64,000 nucleotides of DNA from an uncultured Acidobacteriota bacterium (lineage in GTDB: Bacteria; Acidobacteriota; UBA6911): NCBI GenBank assembly GCA_963827655.1, contig CAWHCF010000036.1:64001-128000 (forward strand). The letters run 5' to 3'. The stretch's first letter is position 1; every line of letters begins with the position of its first letter. The notes under the pieces are model-generated. The model was not told where the DNA came from, searched no databases, and worked only from the letters and a program-made list of their open reading frames with translations. The translations under genes and the position numbers were made by a program. Below, in pieces: positions 9,521-20,789 of the stretch.

Positions 9521-10957
9521 GTGTTCCTTCATTCGGCCGTCACTCGCGACGAGGGGGTCCCCCGGTCGCCCGTCCTAGAGTCCGGCGTCGTGCCGCCCGT
9601 TGATCCCGCGCCCGGAAGCGCGCTCGAGAGCGCGCGCCGCAAGGCTTATCTGCGCATCATCCCGCTGGTCTTCGTCTCGTACGTAATCGCATACATCGAT
9701 CGCACCAACGTCGCGCTGGCCCAGCTCACGATGGGAAAGGATCTGGGATTCGACAACGACGTCTTCAGCACGGGATTCGGGATCTTTTTCATTGGTTATA
9801 TCCTGCTGGAGTGGCCGGGTGCGCTCATTGCCGAGCGGTGGAGCGCGCGCAAGTGGGTCAGCCGGATCATGATCACGTGGGGAATCATCGCCGCGCTCAC
9901 CGCAGCCGTGGAGACGCACAGGCAATTCTACGCTGCCCGCTTCGCCCTCGGGCTGGCGGAGGCCGGGTTCTTTCCCGCGATCGTGGTCTACCTCCGGCAT
10001 TGGTTCCCGAAGCGCGATCGGGCGCGCGCGCTCGCCTACTTTATCATGGGGGCGCCGCTGGCTCAGATCGTCAGCGGCCCTCTGTCGACGCCGCTGCTCA
10101 AGATCGGCGCCGAGGAGACGATCGGCGGCGTGCTCGTGCGGCGCCCCGAGCTTTATGGTCTGGAGGGCTGGCAGTGGATGTATATCGTGTGGGGGCTACC
10201 CGCGGTCGTAATGGGGGTGGTGGTTCTCTTCGCGATGACGGACCGGCCGGCGCAGGCCCGCTGGCTGACCGCCGAGGAGCGCGAGGCGCTGGAGGCCCAG
10301 CTGGCCCGCGACCGCGCCGAGGTGGAATCCGCCAGGCACATCGGGGCGCTGAAGGCGATCCTGCACCCCGCTGCGCTCCTGCTCGCGGCTGCGAACTTCG
10401 CGGTTGTGATCGGGCATTACGGCATGGACTCCTTCCTGCCTAGCATCCTCACGCGCTGGTACGGACTAAGCCTGGACCAGGTTGGGTGGGTGATCGTGCC
10501 GCCGTTCGTCGCCATTCTGCTGGCGCAGCTGGGTGTGAGCTGGTCATCCGACCGCACCAGCGAGCGCTGGTGGCACACGGCGGTGCCCCTGCTGGTAGGA
10601 GCCACGGCGCTGGCGGCGACACCCCTCACCCGGGGAAGCCTTCCCCTCACGGTGCTGGCTTTTTGCGTGGCCGGCGCCGGTATCAGGAGCTATCTCCCAC
10701 CGTTCTACGCGCTTCTGGGGCGGCTTCTCGAGGGAACCGCGGCCGCCAGCGCGATCGGGCTCATCCAGACCGTCGGGAACCTCGGCGGGTACTTCGGGCC
10801 AAGGATCGTCGGCAAGCTCGACGTTATTACCGGCTCGTTCGAAGGCGGGATCTACGCGCTCGCGGCCTCGAGCTTTCTGGCCTTCTTGTTCATCATGATC
10901 CTGCGGCAGATTCACCCGGAGGCCGGGCGAGTCGAACACCCGGCTGCCCGGCAATAA
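9521..10957 (+). CDS. MFS transporter (anion:cation symporter family)
   Basis: IAYIDRTNV, ARFALGLAEAGFFP, GNLGGYFGP; GTG 9521 with GAGG RBS. Confidence 0.9.
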   Translation: MFLHSAVTRDEGVPRSPVLESGVVPPVDPAPGSALESARRKAYLRIIPLVFVSYVIAYIDRTNVALAQLTMGKDLGFDNDVFSTGFGIFFIGYILLEWPGALIAERWSARKWVSRIMITWGIIAALTAAVETHRQFYAARFALGLAEAGFFPAIVVYLRHWFPKRDRARALAYFIMGAPLAQIVSGPLSTPLLKIGAEETIGGVLVRRPELYGLEGWQWMYIVWGLPAVVMGVVVLFAMTDRPAQARWLTAEEREALEAQLARDRAEVESARHIGALKAILHPAALLLAAANFAVVIGHYGMDSFLPSILTRWYGLSLDQVGWVIVPPFVAILLAQLGVSWSSDRTSERWWHTAVPLLVGATALAATPLTRGSLPLTVLAFCVAGAGIRSYLPPFYALLGRLLEGTAAASAIGLIQTVGNLGGYFGPRIVGKLDVITGSFEGGIYALAASSFLAFLFIMILRQIHPEAGRVEHPAARQ

Positions 10958-11024
10958 CGAGTCGATGCGCGTTGCGCGTTCAAGTATGATTGAGCCCTGA
11001 TCAGGCAATCCCGTACCACCAACC

Positions 11025-11675
11025 ATGTGTTCGACGAGACCACAGATCTTTCTCTTGTCACCCGCCAACTGCGCGGGTAATCGCGCGCGCATAGTCATGT
11101 CCGAGCGCGCGACATTTGACCTGGCGCTGCGTTTGCGCAGCCAGGGCGCTCCCGTTGGGGAGGTGTTCGCGTTTATGAGCGGGCTGTACTTTCGCGGCAA
11201 GCTGGCCTATGCGCGGGCGTTTGCCCGGCCACCCGATCCGGCCTCGCCCATTAGCGGCGCGGGCGCGTTCGTGATCACGCCGGCGGCGGGGCTGCGCTCC
11301 GTGGACACGGTCGTGGGGCTCGACACGCTGCGCGCATTCGCTCAGGTGGATGTAGCGCTCGACAACCCAACGTATCGGACGCCGCTCCAGGCGAGCGCCC
11401 GCGTAATCGCATCCGATATCGGTTCGGACTGCGACGTCGTGCTGCTCGGCAGCATCGCGTCGTCCAAATACGTCGAGCTGCTGCAGGCGATCTTCGATGA
11501 TCGCCTGCTGATTCCGGCCGAGTTCGTCGGCCGCGGCGACATGAGCCGCGGAGGGCTGTTGCTGCGCTGCGTGGCTGCGGGCGAAGAGTTGCGCTACATT
11601 CCGGTTGCCGGCGCGGCGCGGCGTGGTCAACGACCGCCCAAGCTGGATCCGGCCACACGGGTTCGACTGCCGTGA
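11025..11675 (+). CDS. Conserved hypothetical protein
   Basis: Coherent 216-aa ORF (IFLLSPANCAG, SGLYFRGKLAYA, FVGRGDMSRGGLLLR). Confidence 0.75.
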   Translation: MCSTRPQIFLLSPANCAGNRARIVMSERATFDLALRLRSQGAPVGEVFAFMSGLYFRGKLAYARAFARPPDPASPISGAGAFVITPAAGLRSVDTVVGLDTLRAFAQVDVALDNPTYRTPLQASARVIASDIGSDCDVVLLGSIASSKYVELLQAIFDDRLLIPAEFVGRGDMSRGGLLLRCVAAGEELRYIPVAGAARRGQRPPKLDPATRVRLP

Positions 11676-11706
11676 CGTTCTTCGAGTCTTCGCGTCTTAG
11701 AGGTTG
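11676..11706. repeat. Single left arm (junction repeat 3)
   Basis: cgtt-cttcgagt-cttcgcgt-cttagaggtt directly after the stop at 11675. Confidence 0.75.
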
Positions 11707-11726
11707 GTTTTTGGTTTCTTGCCGGC

Positions 11727-14700
11727 TCACCATTGCAGGCGCAATCCGAAACGGACCTGCCGCTGATCTTCGGTGGCGCTCAAGACCTGCATGAAATTAC
11801 CGGCGTTGACACTGTTGCCCGGGTTCGCGAAGTGCGGCGTGTTGGTAGCATTATGTGCTTCGCAACGGAACTCGAGCGCGAGTTGTTCAGTAATCGGGAA
11901 CTTGCGGAAAGACCCCGACATCGAGGTTCACGACCCCCGGGCCGCGCAGCAGGTTCCTGCCCGAAGTGCCAAAACGTGCCTCATTGACCGGCGCGAAAGC
12001 AGTGCGATCGTAGTAGAACTGACCGGGGCCCACGCCGCCGAGTTTCTCGACCGTAGGCTTGACCTGGTCGGCAGTCTGGGCGCTGCCAGGGGCGTTCAGC
12101 CCCGCACCCGAAGCCGTAACCGTGAAGGGCCGGCCCTGATAGGCGGCAAAAACGCCGTTGAACTGCCAGCCGCCCAGAACCCAACTAGACGCCCCTGAGT
12201 TGGCATGCTTCTTGCCCTTGCCGAACGGCAGTTCGTAGACAAAACCAAGCTGGAGCATGTGCGGGATATCGTAGCCTGCCTGGGCGCGGTTGCGTTTGAA
12301 GGCAGACTCGTGGTTGAACATCACGCCGGTCCAGCCGTCTTCGTCGGTCCAGTTGATAGCCTTGGAGTAGGTATACGATCCCTTGAGCAGCAGCCCATCG
12401 CCAGCGCGGCGATTCAACGCAGCTTGAAGCGCATGATAGTTCGCGCTCAGGTATCCATTCCAGGCCCACGTTTCTACCGTGCGGCCATGGCGGGCAAACA
12501 GCGGGCGGCCGGCGGTACCGGTTCCGGGGGCGGCGGCGTTGATGTCCAGGTCGGCGAAGCTGCGCGTGGTCTGGGTTCCGACATAGGCCATCGATACAAT
12601 CGTCTGGCCCGGGAACTGCGCGCTCGATCGTGAGGTTCCAGGACTGCACGTAGCCGCGGTTCAGCTCATCGCTGGGGATGTAGCGCATGAGCGCAGTCGG
12701 CGGCAGCGGGACGCGTCCCGGGCTGAGGTCGAGCGGCACGATTGCGGGGACCCCTTCCTCGATGGGGCGAAACGGGGTGTAGGGGTTGGGCGAGGGGAAG
12801 CGGTTGGAATACGAAAGCGGGAAAAAGCCGCGCAGAGGGCGGGCGAGCGGCATCGGATTGTAGGTAAGGCCGTAGCCGGAGCGGATGACCGTGTTGTTGC
12901 CCATTCTGTAGGCAAAGCCCACTCGTGGGGCGAACAGATTCTTGCTGGTGGAAATGCCGAGGCCGCGAGGGAATGCCGGCGAGCCCGCCGAGCGAAACCA
13001 GGTTCGTCTCCGGATCGTAACCTTCGATTCCGCCACGTCCCGCGCGGGTTTGCAGCGGGAAGAGCTCGTAACGGAGACCGAGCGACAGGGTGAGGTTCTG
13101 CGTGACCTTCCAGCGGTCGTGGATATACCAGGCAAACTGGTAGTTGTAGGCGGTCATGTTCTCGGTCTGGATGGTCTCGCGCATTTCCTCCGGCAGGCCG
13201 AGCAGGAACGCGGCGTAGGAGTTGTACTGCGTCAGCGCCGGACCGGCGCGGAGCCCGGTGATCGACTGGGAGAAGATGAACATCCCTTGCGGGCCGCCGC
13301 CGCCGCCGCCATCCGGCGAGTAGTGGTTGAGGTGATGCCGGACGCCTTCGAACCCGAAGCGCAGCTGGTGGCGCGATCGGTTCCAGGAGAAGTTCTGCTG
13401 CAGGGTAAATGAAGTATCGTGCATGAAGAAGGGCCGCGTGTCGGTGTCGCTGCCCAGTCGCGTGTAACCGGGGATTTCAAAAACCGGGACACCGCTCTCG
13501 CGTACGTCAGTGCCGTTGCCGTTGGTGCCAGGAATCCCCAGGACCTCGCGCCCGACGAACTCGCCGTAGCGGAACCCGGTAACCTCCTGGCCCTGACGAG
13601 TCCAACCAATCGCGCCGTCCCAAAGGAAAGTGGGGGAGAAGGTCATGGTGTGGCCGATGGTGGCAACCTGCGTGCGGAGCTCGCCGTTGCCGATATTGCC
13701 CTGGCATAGAGGCGCGCCGCCAGCCGGGCCGAGCGCCGGGTCGCAGCCGACGTTGGCGTTCATGATGGAGTATTTGCCCCAGACCGTGTGGGTGTCGCGG
13801 CGATTCCAGTTGATCTTCAGGTCGAGGTTGTCGCGGTCGAGCCGCTGGCTGCCGGATGCCGAGTAGTTGCCAACGGTGCCGGGACGGTTGGGCAGCGGCA
13901 CGAGATCCTGGACCTTGCGTGTGATGGAACTCTGGCGGTTGAGTGGAATGATATTGCCCGGGAAGGGCGTGCGGCCGGAGCCGTCGGCAGTGCCGGTCAG
14001 CGGATCGTAAATTGTCGCGTTGTAACGGCTGAAGTCACCGCGGCGCTGGTCTTCGGTTGGGACCGTCAGATAGCTGGGTGAACCCCAGGCGCTCGCGGTT
14101 GCCTTCCCATCCACCGAAATAGAAGAGCTTGTTCCGAACGATGGGACCGCCGATGGTGAACCCGTCGATATTCTGATTGTGGGTGGGCTTGGCGCCGTTA
14201 TTAAAGAAGTTGCGCGCGCGAAAAACGGCGTTGTCGTTGAAGGCGAACACCGAGCCGTGCAGGTCGTTGGTGCCGGACTTGGTGATCACCGTGATGGCGG
14301 CCCCGCCGGCGAGGCCCTGCTCGGCGTCGAAGTCATTGGTCGAGATATTGACGGTCTCGATGGTTTCGGCGGGAGGAACATAAGCCGTATGGTGCGGGAG
14401 CCAGAGAAAGACGCTGAGCGCCCCGTCGATCCGGGTGGCGTTGTTGTTCCGGTTGACGCCGTTAACGTTCGTGGACAGCGCGCGCGCCGGAGCGGCCTGA
14501 ATCGAGTTTTGATAGACTACCCGGCGTGGCTCCGGGGACCAGATTGATGAGACTCTGGTAGTTACGGTAGCGCGGCAGCGGAAGGTTACGTCACTTCCCT
14601 GGAATCAAGTTCCGTATGCAGATCCGTCTTCTCCGTCTGGAGGGATACCGCGGCGGCCTGAACGGTGACGGAATCAGTTACCTGCCCGAGTTCGAGGGTT

Positions 14701-15018
14701 ACGTCCTCGCGCCGCACCGTGTTGGCTGTGACCGCGATATTGACCCGCGTGAAGGGGCGAAAACCGGTGGCGGAGATCTTGAGCTCGTAGACGCCCGGTA
14801 TGAGGCCGGGGAAGATATAGTGGCCTGAATCACTGGTCGAGGCATTGAGGGACTGGCCGGTGCCGGCGTTGGTGACGGTGACGGCCGCGCCGGGAACGAC
14901 GGCGCCGGTTGAATCCTGCCACCGTGCCGCTGAGCGAACCGTAAAGGACCTGAGCAGACAAGCGAGGTCCTGCTAGAACCAGGAGAAGCAACACAGAAAT
15001 CGCGCTTCGTGTAATCAT
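11727..15018 (-). CDS. TonB-dependent receptor (Oar-like, carboxypeptidase-regulatory N-domain), several frameshifts
   Basis: AQVLYGSLSGTV; ITKSGTNDLHGS; DRWKVTQNLTLSLGLRYE; ends RQVRFGLRLQW. Confidence 0.85.
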
Positions 15019-15153
15019 CGGAACCTCCCGTCAGTCAAGCAGGCGGAGCATTTGTGGGACTTACTCGCCGGGACAAACCATCAGAATCCTTTTAGGCGAG
15101 TTCGTGCCCCAATGTAGCCGTGCCTCTCTCACGAATGTCAAGCACTTGGGATA

Positions 15154-15230
15154 CTTCGCGTTTCTTCGTGTCTTGGAGTCTTCGTGGTTAGTGCAACCTC
15201 CAAGACACGAAGTCTCGAAGAAACGCTAAG
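15154..15230. repeat. Complete two-arm hairpin (junction repeat 4)
   Basis: cttcgcgttt-cttcgtgt-cttggagt-cttcgtggtt agtgc aacctccaag-acacgaag-tctcgaag-aaacgctaag. Confidence 0.9.
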
Positions 15231-15307
15231 AACCCGTCTGTCTGGTGTATGATTTCAAGCGCTCAGGCAAACCTCGCCTCGATCGAAGTATCTGAAAGAG
15301 AGGGTCC

Positions 15308-17758
15308 ATGGAAACATTGCTCCAAGACATCAGGTTCGGGCTCAGAAGACTGGCGAAGAGCCCGGGGTTTGCTGCGATCGCATTGGTTTCACTGGCGCTC
15401 GGGGTTGGCGCCAACACCGCGATATTCAGCCTGGTCAACGCCGTTTTGCTAAAGCCGTTGCCGGTCGTCAACCCTGAGCAGCTCGTGGCGGTGGGGGTCC
15501 GCGGCAAGGGCGATTCCATGCGCGCATTCTCCTACCCGAATTACGTCGACTTCCGCGATCGCAACCAGGTCCTGTCGGGTCTGTTTGTCGAACGTATCGC
15601 GCCCATGAGCCTGAGCCGCGTCGGCAACAATCAACGAGTCTGGGGCTACCTGGTGTCGGGCAATTACTTCGACGTTCTGGGGGTTCGAGCGATCAAGGGC
15701 CGGACCTTCGCACCCGAAGAAGACCAAACCCGGCTGTCGCACCCGGTGGCAGTAATCAGCCACGGTTGCTGGCTGCGGCGCTTCGGCGGCGCTTCGGACC
15801 TGGTCGGCACGGAAGTGCTCCTCAATGGTCACCCGTTCAAGATCATCGGCATCGCGCCCGAAGGTTTTACCGGTACCGAAATCATCTACACGCCGGAGAT
15901 CTGGATTCCCATGAACATGCTGGGATGGATCGAGCCCGGCGCTGACTGGCTCGACAAGCGCGACACTCAGAACATTTTTGCTGTCGGCCGGCTCAAGCCT
16001 GGGGTCAGCATCCGGCAAGCCCAGGCATCGCTGAGTCTCCTCAACGACCAGCTCGCCCGCGAATATCCGGACGACAACGAAGGTCAGACGATCAAGCTAT
16101 TTCCTCCCGGCTTGATAATCCCGGATCTGCACGGCGCGGTCGTCAGCTTCAGCTGGGTCTTGCTGGGAGCCGTCGGGCTGGTGCTCCTGGTCGCTTGTAC
16201 CAACCTCGCCAGCCTCTTGCTGGCACGTGGGACGGAAAGACGCCGCGAGATCGCGATCCGTCTTTCTTTGGGCGCAAATCGTTTTCGCCTGATCCGCCAG
16301 CTGGTGACCGAGAGCATGCTCCTTTCGCTGGCAGGCGGCGCTATGGGCGTCGTGCTCGCTAACTGGATGACGGGGGCGTTTGTCTCCTTAAAACCACCCC
16401 TCGACTTCCCGCTGACGATCGGGCTTGTTCTCGACTGGCGGGTGATGGTGTTTGCGTTGGCGGCCTCGCTTGTGACCGGCATTCTTTTCGGCTTGATGCC
16501 CGCGCTGCAGGCGACCAATCCCGATCTGGTCGGGGCGCTCAAGGACACGACGTCGCAGGCGGGTTTACGCCGGTCGTATTTGCGCAGCGGATTGGTTGTA
16601 GCCCAGTTTGCCTTGTCGCTGGTTTTCTTGATCGGAGCTGGCCTGGTCGTCAGGGCCTTGCAGCAGGTTCAAACGATGAATCCCGGTTTCGATCCGGAGA
16701 ATCGGCTGATGATGTCGGTGGACCCGGGGCTGCAGGGATACGACCAGCCACAAGGGCATCGGTTCTATCGCGACGTCGTCGAAAGAGTTGAATCACTTCC
16801 CGGCGTCCGATCTGCGGTGGTGACCACGTTCGTGCCTCTCAGTCTCAGCTTCTCGAGCAATGGTGTGTTCGCGGAAGGACAACCGGCCGAGCGCGGCGCC
16901 AATATTCCGACTGCGATGGTTGCAAACGTCGGAGATGGTTACTTCGGCACCATGGGGGTTGACTTGCTGGCCGGCCGCGAATTCACCGCCCAGGATGGAG
17001 AGAAATCAACCGCAGTGGCCGTCGTAAACCAGACCTTGGTTCGGACCCTGTTTCCCGAGGTGCGTACTGCCGCAGATGCGCTGGGCAAGCGGGTCAGCTT
17101 TGACGGCCCTCAAGGCCCGTTCATGCAGATCGTGGGCGTCGCCCGGGACGGCAAGTATTTCAACATCGGCGAAGAACCGCGCTCATTCATCTATACCCCG
17201 CTGCTGCAACGCTACAACAGTAGCGCAAGCCTCGTGGTTAGAACGGCAGGCGATCCGGAGCCGATGATCGCTGCGGTTCGCGGCGAAGTGCAGTCGCTTG
17301 ATTCGAAGATGCCGGTTTTTGACGTCAAGACCATGAACGAGCACATGCGGTTATCGCTCTTTCCGGCTCGAATCGCCGCGACCATACTGGGCGGATTCGG
17401 GGTGCTCGCCCTGATTCTTACGGCTATTGGAATCTACGGGGTTACCTCCTACACGGTGGCTCAGCGGACTCGCGAGATCGGAATACGCATGGCGTTAGGC
17501 GCTGACCGCGCCGGCGTGGCGCGTATGGTGGTCGGTCAAGGAATGAAGCTGGCTGCGGTCGGCCTGGCGATCGGAGTGGTCTTCGCCCTGATGTTGACCC
17601 GGCTCATGAGCGGTCTGCTGTTCGGTGTGAGCCCGAGCGACCCGATCACTTATGCCATTATTCCAGCCCTTCTGGGTGGGGTAGCGCTGGGAGCCTGCCT
17701 GGTGCCCGCGCGCCGGGCGACAAGCGTCGATCCGATAGTCGCCTTGAGGCGCGATTAA
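15308..17758 (+). CDS. ABC transporter permease (ADOP, duplicated MacB/FtsX)
   Basis: LLQDIRFGLRRLAKSPGF, GVGANTAIFS, REIGIRMALGA, VDPIVALR. Confidence 0.95.
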   Translation: METLLQDIRFGLRRLAKSPGFAAIALVSLALGVGANTAIFSLVNAVLLKPLPVVNPEQLVAVGVRGKGDSMRAFSYPNYVDFRDRNQVLSGLFVERIAPMSLSRVGNNQRVWGYLVSGNYFDVLGVRAIKGRTFAPEEDQTRLSHPVAVISHGCWLRRFGGASDLVGTEVLLNGHPFKIIGIAPEGFTGTEIIYTPEIWIPMNMLGWIEPGADWLDKRDTQNIFAVGRLKPGVSIRQAQASLSLLNDQLAREYPDDNEGQTIKLFPPGLIIPDLHGAVVSFSWVLLGAVGLVLLVACTNLASLLLARGTERRREIAIRLSLGANRFRLIRQLVTESMLLSLAGGAMGVVLANWMTGAFVSLKPPLDFPLTIGLVLDWRVMVFALAASLVTGILFGLMPALQATNPDLVGALKDTTSQAGLRRSYLRSGLVVAQFALSLVFLIGAGLVVRALQQVQTMNPGFDPENRLMMSVDPGLQGYDQPQGHRFYRDVVERVESLPGVRSAVVTTFVPLSLSFSSNGVFAEGQPAERGANIPTAMVANVGDGYFGTMGVDLLAGREFTAQDGEKSTAVAVVNQTLVRTLFPEVRTAADALGKRVSFDGPQGPFMQIVGVARDGKYFNIGEEPRSFIYTPLLQRYNSSASLVVRTAGDPEPMIAAVRGEVQSLDSKMPVFDVKTMNEHMRLSLFPARIAATILGGFGVLALILTAIGIYGVTSYTVAQRTREIGIRMALGADRAGVARMVVGQGMKLAAVGLAIGVVFALMLTRLMSGLLFGVSPSDPITYAIIPALLGGVALGACLVPARRATSVDPIVALRRD

Positions 17759-17761
17759 ACT

Positions 17762-17867
17762 AAAGTAGAAAGTGCTGAGTAAAAAGTGCTGAGTAAAAAG
17801 TGGAATGTGCTGATCGTGATGAGCTCTACCCGCACTCTCCACTTTCTACTCAGCACTTTCCACTTTT
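17762..17867. repeat. Inverted tandem 7/14-nt repeat array
   Basis: aaagtgctgagta x2 ... tactcagcacttt. Confidence 0.75.
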
Positions 17868-17882
17868 AACTGGTCAAGGTTC

Positions 17883-20422
17883 ATGAAGTCACAGAGTCTC
17901 CGGGCCACGGCGCTGACCGTGTTGCTGGTTTGCGCGGGCTACTACGCCGGCGGGGTCGTCGGCATCGCGCTCACGTTTCCCTTTTCCGGCATCGCGATCA
18001 TCTGGCCGCCCAACTCGATTTTGCTGGCAGCGCTGCTGCTCACGCCGGCCCGGAAATGGTGGTTGTACCTGCTCGCCGTCATTCCGACCCACATCCATCT
18101 GGTCGCGAATTTCCAGGCCAGTGTGCCCGTGGTGACGATGTTCTGTCAGGTACTGGCGAATATAGTTCAGGTAGTCTTTGCCGCGGTCGCCCTGCGCCGT
18201 TTCGCCGGACGCTCCGCCCCGGTTCGATAATCTCCGGAGCATGACCGCGTTCATCTTCATCGGGGCCATTGTTGCTCCCGGTGTCGCAGCAGCCCTGGCA
18301 TCCTTCCTTTTTGTCCTGAGCGGCTGGGTCACTGATTTCTGGACGACATGGCAGCTGCGGTTCCTCGCGAACGTTTTCGCAACCTTCACGATAACACCAC
18401 TGATCCTGCAGACGGTCACCCGGGTGGCAGCGATGCGCGAGGCGTCATTGAGCCGATGGGCGGAATTCGGTCTGCTGATCATCGGTCTTTTCGCAGTCGG
18501 TATTACAGCCTTTGGTCGTGAGGTCTCCAGGTCCAGGGACTCTATCGATTCTGCTCTACACTCCGCTGCCGCTGCTCCTGTGGGCAGCCGTCCGTTTCGG
18601 GCCGGGCGGGTTGTGTCTGTCGCTGCTGGTGGTCGCGTTTCTGTCCCTGTCGAACGCCAGAGACGGACGAGGGCCCTTCACAACTCAGTCGCCGGGTGAG
18701 AGCGTGATCTCGCTGCAAGTTTTTCTGATCGCGATTTCGCTCCCGCTAATGTTTCTGGCGACACTGATCGAGGAGCGGCGACAAGCAGGGGATGCGCTGC
18801 GCAAGAGTGAACAGCGCTTCAGGACGTTCATGGACAACAGCGCCGCGATTACGTTCATAAAGGATGGGGAGGGTCGGCACCTCTACGTGAACAGGCTGTT
18901 CGAAAGGCTGTTCAAACTTTCGACCGATTGGGGCAACAAACTCGATTCGGAATTGTGGCCCGCCGACGTTGTCGCGCAGTTGCGGGCGAATGACCTGAAG
19001 GTGTTGTCGACGGGCCAGAACCTGGGGGCCGAGGAGGTGGTGCCGGCCATTGACGGGAGTTTGCACTACTGGCTGGTTGACAAGTTCCCCATTGAATTGG
19101 ACGGGCAAAGGTACATTGGGGGCGTGGCGGTGGACATCACCGAGCGCAAGCAGGCGGAAGAGCGGGTCAGCCTGCTTCAGACAATCACGATGCAGGTGGC
19201 GGCGGCGAAGGATCTTTCTTCTGCACTGGAAGTCGTGGTCCGGCACGTTTGCCAAAAAACTCGGTGGGCGTTCGGACAGGCATGGGTCCCGCGGCCGGAT
19301 GGAACCGTCCTCGACTGCGGTCCGGCATGGTTTTCGGGCGGCGCCGGGTTGGAAGAATTCAGGGCCGTTTCCCAGGGGTTTACCTTGCCGCCGGGGCTCG
19401 GTCTTCCCGGACGCGCCTGGTCTTCGAAGCGGCCGGTCTGGATTCGCGATGTCACGCGGGACCCGAACTTTCCACGGGCGAACGCAGCCCGAGAAGCCGG
19501 GCTGAATGCGGCGCTGGCAGTCCCTATCCTGTCGGGCGACGAGGTCATCGCGGTGATCGAGTTTTTCCTGCGCGGACCGCGCGGCGAGGATGAGCTGCTG
19601 GTCAAAGTAATCACGGCGGTCGCCGAGCAATTGGACCTGGTCATCGAACGCAAGCGGGCGGAGGAGGCGCTCAACCAGCTCAACAGTCAGCTGGAGCAGC
19701 GCATTCGTGAACGCACGGCGCAGCTGGAGGCGAAGACACGCGAATTGGAGACCTTCTCTTATTCCGTCGCTCACGACCTGAAGGCGCCCTTGCGCGGCAT
19801 TGACGGCTACAGCCGCCTGCTGCTGGAGGACTATGCCGCCAAGCTGGACGAGGAAGGGCTGGCCTTCATCAGCACCATTCGCAGTTCGGCCGAGCGAATG
19901 AATCAGCTGATCAGTGACCTGCTCGCCTACTCGCGGCTGGAACGTCAGGCGATCACCCCGCGTAGCATCGAGTTGACCCCTCTCCTCGAGGTCCTTGTGG
20001 AAGAAAAAGAAGCTGAGATGGAAAACCACAAGGTCCACCTCACGATGAACGTCAACAACATGACCGTGGTTGCCGACGCTGAGGGCTTGACGCAGGCCCT
20101 ACGCAACTACCTGGATAACGCCATCAAGTTCAGCCGAGGGGTTGCGGAGCCACGCATCGAGATCGGGGCCGAAGAGATAGAACGGAGTTGCCGTGTGTGG
20201 GTGCGCGACAACGGCATCGGGTTCGACATGACCTACCATGATCGCATTTTTGAAATCTTCCAGCGTCTGCACCGGGACGAAGACTATCCCGGCACCGGCA
20301 TCGGGCTGGCCCTGGTGCGCAAGGCAATGGAGCGCATGGGCGGCCGGGCCTGGGCCGAAAGCGCCGTAGGGAAAGGCGCGACCTTCTACCTGGAGATTCG
20401 TGGTGTCGAGAAAACGCAGTAG
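17883..20422 (+). CDS. MASE1-PAS-GAF sensor histidine kinase, two frameshifts
   Basis: IIWPPN (MASE1), FSYSVAHDLKAPLRGI, NAIKFS, DNGIGFD, GTGIGLA. Confidence 0.9.
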
Positions 20423-20576
20423 GCAGTAGGCAGTTGGACCAGTGCCGTTTTTCCGCCTACTGCCTACAGATGCTTCGCATTTCTTGGTGACCTGGAGTCT
20501 TCGTGGTTAGCGCTAAGACACGAAGAATTGCCAAGAACCTTGTCAATCGTCAATCGTAATCGTAAATCGTCAATCC
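20416..20576. repeat. Composite junction: GCAGTAG inverted array, junction repeat 5 and TCAATCG array
   Basis: gcagtaggcagtaggcagt..gcctactgcctac; arms at 20473-20535; tcaatcg tandem at 20542-20576. Confidence 0.85.
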
Positions 20577-20789
20577 ATTTTGACTTCCTCACCGATAGAT
20601 TGATACCATGCCGCTCGCCCAAACGTAGACGACATTGCGGAACATGGCCGGTGAGAATCAGTCGCGCCGTTTCCGCATGCTGCTTCGACTGAACCCGACG
20701 GAATGGGTCTGGCGAATTCTCGGACCTGCCTAGCGGACCCTTAGCCAGTTCTCCGAAATAGGAGGAAGTTGATGGAGAGCCACCGGTAA

